Part shown: one piece after another, positions 56,011 to 64,000 of the stretch
How the letters are laid out: every line of letters starts with the position of its first letter
Position numbering within the stretch: position 1 is the stretch's first letter
NCBI RefSeq assembly: GCF_964355755.1
Contig: NC_092673.1
Span: forward strand, 248,001 to 312,000
Length of the DNA: 64,000 nucleotides
DNA from: Antedon mediterranea
Taxonomy: Eukaryota; Animalia; Echinodermata
Reading direction: 5' to 3'
Notes under the pieces: model-generated
What the model was told of the DNA's origin: nothing
The model's database searches: none
What the model saw: the letters and a program-made list of their open reading frames with translations, nothing else
Made by a program: the position numbers and the translations under genes

Positions 56011-56630
56011 GAAGCCGATCACTCCGGCCACGCTTCACTCCGACCGGCGTATCAGTTTAGCGCGATGTATGCACACTCCGGCCGCTATTCCATTCGACTT
56101 CCTGTGCAAAGGGGCCGTTAGTATAGAGCGCCCATATCTACGTTTTCTATACTGTTCAGTGTTATAACAAAAAGAATTTAAATGGAACTAGTTGAATATT
56201 TATTAGCAACAATTTTACTTTTTTCATTAACATTCAAAGAAGTTGGAACTGCTTTTTCTTTCAAACTAAACTTAACTTAACTTTTTCCTTTCAAATAATC
56301 AAATACCCGTCTAATTAATGCTTGAATAACAATATTTAATTTCTTTCTATGTACATTTTATGGCTTTACATTAACATTAAAAATTAGTTAAAAATTTTTA
56401 TAACACTTTATTTTGCCAGTACCCATACTTACTATACTAATTATAGTTAATAACAATATGTAAAATATTAATAAATTTATTTCAAATAATCAAATATCCG
56501 TCTAATTAATGTTTATTTTGATTCTCTACAAAAAACGTGTCTCGGTTGTAAAAGACTCATTGGGCGCTCCATAGCTGCGGCCGGAATGAATCGCGGCCGG
56601 AGTGAAGCGCGGCCGGAGTGATCTGTATTC
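56011..56630. mobile_element. Mutator-like MITE with 9-bp TSD
   Basis: TIRs GA..GATCACTCCGGCCACGCTTCACTCCG / CGGAGTGAAGCGCGGCCGGAGTGATC..TC; flanks TATAGAAGA and TATAGAAGT. Confidence 0.75.
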
Positions 56631-58381
56631 TATAGAAGTATATAGAAAATGTTGTTAAAACCATCTGTAAATTGTTATTTAAAAACTTCATTACTAATTA
56701 TTGGCTTCACTCCAAACATATTTGCACTGTATGCAAACAACACTTTTACTTCCAGTCCATTTTATATTTTTAATTAACCTTATTGTGAGCATGTTCTGAG
56801 GTTGTTCACCCCAGTAAGTATATTTTGACCACAGATTACAAACCACCATTCTGATTATTTCCCAATAAATGAGTAAAGTAATATTGTGGTGCTAAATAAA
56901 TTTCCAGGTCCTTGGAAATATTAAGTTCAACATTTGAGATTGCACCAAGATATGGCAAAAGCAATGTACTACTAGTTGCTGCTCAAAATAACAATCTTTC
57001 ATAATAGGATTAAGTTAAACATTAAAAAAACCTAGTACCCTGGTTATTGTGCATGAGTTGGGAGTCAGGAAACTAGAAACAATGGTTTTCCAAGCATATT
57101 ATTGGTAGTCTACTTAAGTGCTTTCCGGATATTGTCTGTAATTTATGTTGTGCAAATTTAACCAGGTTTATGCATGCTACAGTCCCATCAATTATAAATT
57201 AGGTTTTTGTTTTTGTAAACCATATCTTATGGACTAAATTGTTTGTTTTTTCTTCTTCTATGGCTAAAATTGGCCGAATTCTCAGAAGCTTTCAAAAAAA
57301 CTTATTAGGGACTGATAAATACAATACCTGTACCCAAGAAGTTAATTTTGCTTGGAATATTAAATAGAAATGGCAGTTCTGCAGTTCAATATATAACCAT
57401 TAGCACAACTAATGATTGTCATTTTCAAGTTCATTGGTCAAAGTGGTGATATGGCTCATGTATAAACACATAGCCCAGCAGACAATACTGGTCCTCAGTG
57501 ATATGGCTGCTCATGAATAAACACATAGCCCAGCAGACAATACTGGTCCTCACACACAGTGGTCACATGTACGTTATGTTTACTCATGTTAAATATTTAT
57601 TAAATGTAATTTTCTAAATTTGTATATTTTGCTTTTGAAAGATTAGAAGAAATCACTATTTATCACTAATGCATCAGTAGGCCTAATGTGTCAAATGTAT
57701 ATATTCTGAGCCAGAGCCTGACTGAGGCCTACAGTATATGAATAATTTCCCTATGAAACTTAAACTGTACCAAAGTATGTTTTGTTTTCATTTCTCCAAT
57801 ATTTATTGTACCCTTGTGTAGGTAAATATTATTTAATATAACTGTATCATCCATCCACAAGTTCAAATACACATTGCCATATAGTCAAACCCACATAACA
57901 ATTAGCCACTAAAGATAAACAAAGTTGAAGTAAACTGATTAGCTATTTGTTTATTGATCATCAACATGATTAGATTTGTTATTTTATAGCAGAAACTGTG
58001 ATTGTCCATGCTTTGTTTTGAAATGATGGTCCAAGGTTTCTTTCGTTTTGATTGGCTGACAAGAAATCAGTACATAATTGTTGGTCTGTGTTATTGCTTA
58101 AGATAGTGTTGGTGGAATTTGCAATTTTTTTTTCTATACCATCTACTACGTAACTGTACAAACATTCTATAATTTAGATCCAGGGTAGCCTACTGTATCA
58201 GTAAGACGGGTTTTGTAGTTTTTCTTGTTACTTAGGTAAGATTCTTAATGTGATTTTTTTATAACTCATCATAGTGTACACTAGATTCTGGTCATAATAA
58301 ATTTGGGGCAATTATTTAATTAATGCTTGTGAGTGTGAGAAAAAGGGGTGTTTCTTTGAACTTTATTTGAATACCTCTCAT

Positions 58382-58545
58382 ACAGTTAGATCAAGACTTT
58401 GCGCTGCAATTACTAGCTGCATTATGGTATGTTGCCCATACTTGTTTGATGCAAAAAATGACTTTTGGATAAAAATGTGCTGTAAAGAGCCTTTGAGCAT
58501 GATTATTCATGAAAAGGGTGCTATAGAAATGTGGAAATTATTATC
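58382..58545 (+). mobile_element. 5'-truncated copy of the SINE at 35699
   Basis: CAGTTAGATC..GCTGCATTATGG..TGTAAAGAGCCTTTGAGCATGATTATTCATGAAAAGGGTGCTATA matches 35848-35995. Confidence 0.8.
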
Positions 58546-58851
58546 ACCATACTATAGATTACTCATATGGGGGCTGCCCAAGGATGCAGTCTATCTGACT
58601 CTTGAAGTTATCATCTTCATTTTGAAATTGTAAACAGGAAATTCAAAAGGACACTTCTTAAAAAATAATTCTTGTTTTCATTGATGTAATTACAGATATA
58701 AGCACAGAACCAAAACACTTCTTTTAGAAAACTTGATATGAAAGCTAAAAAGCAACCAAAAAACCACAATCAAATGTGATTCAAGTTGTTAACTCATGCT
58801 TAGTGTGTTTACTTATAAATATATTCCTTTTTTCTTGCAGGTAAACTAAAT

Positions 58852-61800
58852 ATGGAAAGGTTAGATGAGGTTTATAAAAAATGGAGCAAATCTGGACCAG
58901 GAGAGACACGCGTATCGAATCAGAATATCCAAGGAAAGGAGGCATGGCTCAACAAATTTGGTGAGTTGCCGACAAGGAAAAGAAGAACTAAAGGACCAGC
59001 ATATTCCGTAGCCTTGGTAATCAATCTTATTTACTTATTTCTTAAAAATAGATAATAAATCATTAAAATGGATAGTAGCAGCCAAACAATAAATCATGAT
59101 AATAATTAATGTTAAGTCTAGCAAATCTTAAATGCCATTCTGGTTCGATAACCATTTGGTTAGCACCTGTAACATGCTGCTGGCACAAGAGAACAGGTGT
59201 GTAGCCTGCAAATTTGCTACTGGGACGACACGCGCCTCAGAATCCCCACTAAAAAAACCACCTCTTAAAAACTTATCTAATTTTATATTTTTAGGATCTT
59301 GTTCCAGAAGTTGTGAATTTCAAGACCAAACCACCACCACCATCGTATGAAAAGGAGCAAAGAACGTTTAAAGGACGTTGCTGTCCACGGTGCAGTCCAT
59401 TAAGTAGAGTAAGTATGAACAACTTAAAGCTTGGTTTCCAATTGGACGCAACAAAGTGATGTACATGATTGGTCAAATTGCTTGCGATGTGCTTACGTCC
59501 TTGCATTGCATCCAACTGACAACCAATCTTAAGTGTGGATAGTGCAACTTTTTTAACGTGGATCAATGTTAGTTATTTAAAGATGTATTGTCCCTTGAAA
59601 CACAAAAAATGAAAAAAAAAATATTCTGAATTTAAATTGGCCATATCAAAGTAATATTAAAGTTATTCACTTTAAGTCGAAAATTCCAGCCAAAAACAAC
59701 AAGTTTACGTAATTAACAGGTAAAATTAATTTGATTACATTTCGTCTGGAAAATTGTCACAAGCGAAAGTAAACAAAGATTTCAAACCACGAGTATGCAT
59801 TATGCATGATGCTAATTTGGATTGTTTACAACTCGTCACGGATAAGAAGGTGTTTTCACACAGATCATGAAGAAGTTTTATGATGATGCATACAGAGTAG
59901 CCAAACAAGCGCATTGCATTATGAGATATGTTTAAATCGAAAACTTTTACTGGAAGTCAAAGTTATTTTTTGAACAAAAAAACGTCTGTATTTCGATTAA
60001 ATTATTTTTTTTTGACTAATTTTTGGTGAAAGGTAATAACTATTATGATCCCTCAAAATGACCCACTTTTTTTCGAATTATTGAAACAACAATTTTTTTT
60101 TAATTGGTCGAAGGGACAATAAATCTTTAAGTATGACTGTACTGTATATTGCAACCTGACTACACTATATAAAACAAAAAACCTTTGTTTTGCAGGAAGT
60201 TCTTTATAATGAGAATATACCAGACATGGGTCTTTGCAACGTCCTCAGAATGCCATTGGAAAACAGGTATATAGTTCTACTTTAGAAATATTAATATATC
60301 CTTGGAACTTCCAGATGGGTTTGAGAACGCCTTAAGTCTGATCTCAAATTAAGTATCTGGGGTATAACACTATTTATAGCTGATTGTTATTAAGGATTGC
60401 GCAATATATATCCATTGTATTCAAATAACCACATGTAATATTGAGGTGTTTTTTTGTTCACTTTTTTCCTGTAGCCTGTTAAAGTTGTTGAAGTAGAAAT
60501 TGCAACACACTCATATCTGTTATTTATTGCAAGACAGATAACATTATACAATATGTCTGAATATGTCTATCCAGGGTTCGCTCATCCCTAGTCTGTCAGA
60601 CAATGTTAACAGCTGATTTGGTACTTATCTAAAAATACACAACTAATGTCTGTCTGATATTTTCAGAAGGTATTATCACAAAAGATATGTTTTTCACATA
60701 AAATAATACTTTCACATTTTGATAAGTTTTGCAGGCCTTTTGGTTTTAAATGCCTGCCATAATGTAATTTTTTTTAAAGAATTCAGTTGTTGATTAATAA
60801 CAACAAGTCTTTTTTTCTACCAATTCCTTAAAGATATATTGTCGCCCTAGCAAACAATTTTTTTTTTTCAAATTTTTTTTATTATATGCCATTTTAAATG
60901 TCACATAGTAATAAAAATGTAATTCAAAGCAAAAAAAAATATGTTTTTAGTTACAAGTTTCTTTTGTCTTTTTATAAGTGAAATTTCGTGTTTTTGGGGG
61001 ACAATACAGCTTTAATTATATATTTATCCTGATATATTTTTTGTCAGAACTGGTGTTGTTTCATACCTTCTGCCAAACCTGAATCACATTATGAAGAGGA
61101 ATAAAAATCATATTTATCCAACAAAAGATGAAATGATCAGTAAAGTATCGGAGAGTGGTAGAGTCCATACAGCAATACAAAACTGTGCAATTTTAGATGC
61201 AGAAGGTAAGAAATATAGATTTACAATCAATTATTACTCAAGCACATAGAGAGAGAGGTTTGAGGATTCAGACAAACACCTTTTGGAGAGTGCTCTTTTA
61301 AAACAATAGACCAACAGCCTAAGTAAATGAGCCTAACTAGTGTTTTTGTTACAGGTAGACTCTAGTTGGTTTAGTTATGCAGGACTTATTTCCCACTTAT
61401 TTCCAGAGTTTCAATGTTGAAGTCAGCCAAATATTTAAATAGAATCTAAATTGTTAAAGGTTTATTTAATTTATTTATTATTTTTAAAGGATTAACAAAC
61501 AGAGAAAGGGGCGGCTTAAGTAATTCAGAAGGAAAACATGGCCGTCGTCTAAAACGGATCTTGGGAACTATGGTGGCTAAGATATCATGTGCGCTACTCA
61601 AAGTCACTAGTTGGGTTCTTCTCCGTGTTCTTGGAGTATTCCTTCTTGGTGTTCAAGTTCACAAGGGTCAAATGGAGCTGATCAAAGAAGCATCAAAAGT
61701 TAGTTTTAAGAACATTTCTTGTTACTTTTATTTATTTAATTTCACTCCAAACCAACAGAGAATTATCGCCACTAACAGGCTGGTTAACAAATGTTTTTAA

Positions 61801-63761
61801 AGGATGTTTAGAAAGTTATTGTGTAAAACATAACAGCTGAATACTGTAATACCTTAGCATGTTTTAGTATACTAATAATAGAACATCAAATGGCATTTTC
61901 TATGAGTACTGGACCTGAGCTACTATGTTACTTCATATAGCATTTTATTTATTTCTACAGAAAGGAGTTCCTCTAGTGTTTATTCCAATGCATCGTAGTC
62001 ATTTAGATTATGTGCTTCTGTCATTCATTCTTCATAATTATGGTGTTAAGGCGCCGCACATCGCAGCAGGAGACAACCTTAACCTTCCAGTATTCAGGTG
62101 AGCACAAATTGTTTTAAAATAATATTTTTGACATAATTCGGAGATTTAAACAATAAAATTAATGTTATACTTTGTTTTTTTAAGAAATCTGGGTGAAATA
62201 CTGTGTTTATAAACTGTTGTTTAGATATCATTTATACTTGATATATACCATACTTAACCTGATTGTAGTTAAGTCTGCACTTTCTATGGGAATTGAGTCA
62301 TACTATAGAGCATATGAATGGTCTGTGTATTCCAAGAGAAATAGACAAATCCGGCTATGGAGTATCTTGATTCTAACCAAAATTCATTCATCCATCATTT
62401 TTATATTTTATTTTTTATTGGAATTCGTTTTGTTTCTTGTTTTCACATAATTATTACATAAATGGTACTTTTTCGTCATTTTAGTTGGGTTCTTCGGAGC
62501 CTTGGTGCCTTTTTTATTAAACGAAAACTTGATCGAGATGTTGGCAAGAAAGATCTTGTGTACAGAGCTGCTTTACATACAGTAAGTTTGTGTTTTTTTA
62601 ACATTAAAATAACCTGGACTTTCTGCATTCTCACTCCTAAGGACTATCAAAGTATATTGATTGAAACATCGAGAAACTCAACAGTTTTTTTTTTTCAGAA
62701 CTAGATACACGTCTAGTTACGCCAACTTTATATCAACATAAACTAACCTGCATATCAACAACATAATCTTTATAATACACATTTTATTTATTGTTTATTG
62801 TTATTTTTTAACCTTTTTGTAGTATATTGAAGAGGTTCTTCAGAGTAATCAAAACCTTGAATTCTTTATTGGTAAGTGAAAATTAAGTTTACCAATGACA
62901 ATGATTAGTCAAATTACTTACGTTAAGTAAGTGAAAATTAAGTTGATTAATGAAAAGCGACAGAGTAATTATAGCTTGTGATTGGTCAAATCACTTACTT
63001 TAAGTAAGTGAAAATTATCTCATTAAAAATAACTGAAATTGATTTACAAGTTTTGAAGTCAACAAAAAGTAACTGCTTTTGTCTGACTTTTTTCAGAGGG
63101 TGGAAGGTCAAGAAGTGGAAAAGCTTTGTCGCCAAAAGGTGGATTGTTGTCTTGTGTAGTTGACTCTTATTACGATGGTTAGTAACAGTTTAACTTATTC
63201 AAAGTAGAATTTTTGTAGAAGTACTATATTAGTAGTTCATAAGTACTACTTTAAAAACTCATGTTTTGGAAATTTAAGTCAGTTTTACTCCCTGGTAAAT
63301 AATTTATATGTATCTTTCATATAGGAGTGATCTCCGATGCCTTTATTGTTCCCGCCTCCATAAGTTATGAGAAGATTTTAGATGGCCATTTTAACAATGA
63401 ACAAATGGTGAGGAAATTCAAGTTTTTTTTTGTCTCTGCACACATCCAATGTAGTGTTATATCCTTTCACATTAAACACAATAGCCTCTGGATAAATACT
63501 TGTCTGCTGAGTGCTAATATCCATTCACATTGAATAAAGACACTGAAGAGATCCCATTCACATCAATTAAAAAAAAATGAAATACTGCTTATATGTTGCC
63601 ATAATCCAGTACTTCTTCTATTATAACATTTTGTTTTTTTTTAATAGGGTTTACAGAAAAGGAAGGAAACATTTATGATGGCATTGCGTGGAATATATGA
63701 TGTTTTAAAGCATAACTACGGCCATGTCAAAGTAGACTTTGCACAACCATTTTCATTAAAA
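58852..63761 (+). CDS. GPAM: Glycerol-3-phosphate acyltransferase 1, mitochondrial (5' part; continues past the window)
   Basis: Exons 58852-59016, 59295-59408 (FKGRCCPRCSP), 60196-60266, 61048-61205, 61490-61698, 61961-62097 (HRSHLDY), 62485-62581 (GAFFIKR), 62823-62871 + 63097-63177 (FIEGGRSRSGK), 63325-63407 (IVPASISY), 63648-63761 (VDFAQPFSLK). Probable non-coding exon 1 ends at ~55400. Confidence 0.95.
59581..60126. mobile_element. Kolobok-like MITE with TTAA TSD
   Basis: TTAA|AGATGTATTGTCCCTT...AAGGGACAATAAATCT|TTAA. Confidence 0.75.
60832..61011. mobile_element. Kolobok-like MITE with TTAA TSD (internally deleted relative of the 9520 copy)
   Basis: TTAA|AGATATATTGTCGCCC...GGGGGACAATACAGCT|TTAA; shares ATTTTAA(A)TGTCACATA and AAAAATGTAATT with 9520-9853. 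Confidence 0.75.
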
Positions 63762-63818
63762 GTATGTAGCTTTTCTTTTTGGACTATTCATTTCCTAGTT
63801 TGTCAAAAATAGATCATT

Positions 63819-64000
63819 TAAGCACCTAGAAGTACCCCACTGGATCTGCACCTGGACAGTTCATCTCTTCAGACCTTATTAAAGCACCTAGAAGTACCCC
63901 ACTGGATCTGCACCTGGACAGTTCATCTCTTCAGACCTTATTAAAGCACCTAGAAGTACCCCACTGGATCTGCACCTGGACAGTTCATCTCTTCAGACCT
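63819..64000. repeat. 62-bp tandem repeat, about 3 copies visible, running off the window
   Basis: AAGCACCTAGAAGTACCCCACTGGATCTGCACCTGGACAGTTCATCTCTTCAGACCTTATTA units. Confidence 0.95.

Overview
AT-rich, intron-rich animal genomic DNA. Gene content and microsynteny suggest an invertebrate deuterostome, possibly an echinoderm (inference only). Spliced genes reconstructed by hand: the last exon of an upstream gene, ARHGAP19 (+), ANAPC4 (+), a PCGF6-type Polycomb RING/RAWUL gene (-), HIGD2A (+), ARL9/10 (-), KIAA1191/p33MONOX (+), a secreted cystine-knot precursor (+), tRNA-Arg(CCT) (-), SNRNP27 (+) and the 5' part of GPAM/GPAT1 (+). Main finding: the PCGF6 gene has three extra in-frame 5' exons encoding a complete C2CH THAP DNA-binding zinc finger plus a basic linker, giving a predicted 374-aa THAP-RING-RAWUL protein. 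This fusion is invisible in the ORF track. Also notable: TAGGCCTA clusters just downstream of the first exon of nearly every gene, five tiny palindromes with 7-bp direct repeats resembling P-element excision scars, a P-like element with a 7-bp TSD, a 2.2-kb 28-bp satellite inside the THAP-PCGF6 gene, a duplicated SNRNP27 terminal exon, and many MITEs, SINE/LINE fragments and minisatellites. All exon boundaries are manual predictions without transcript or database support.
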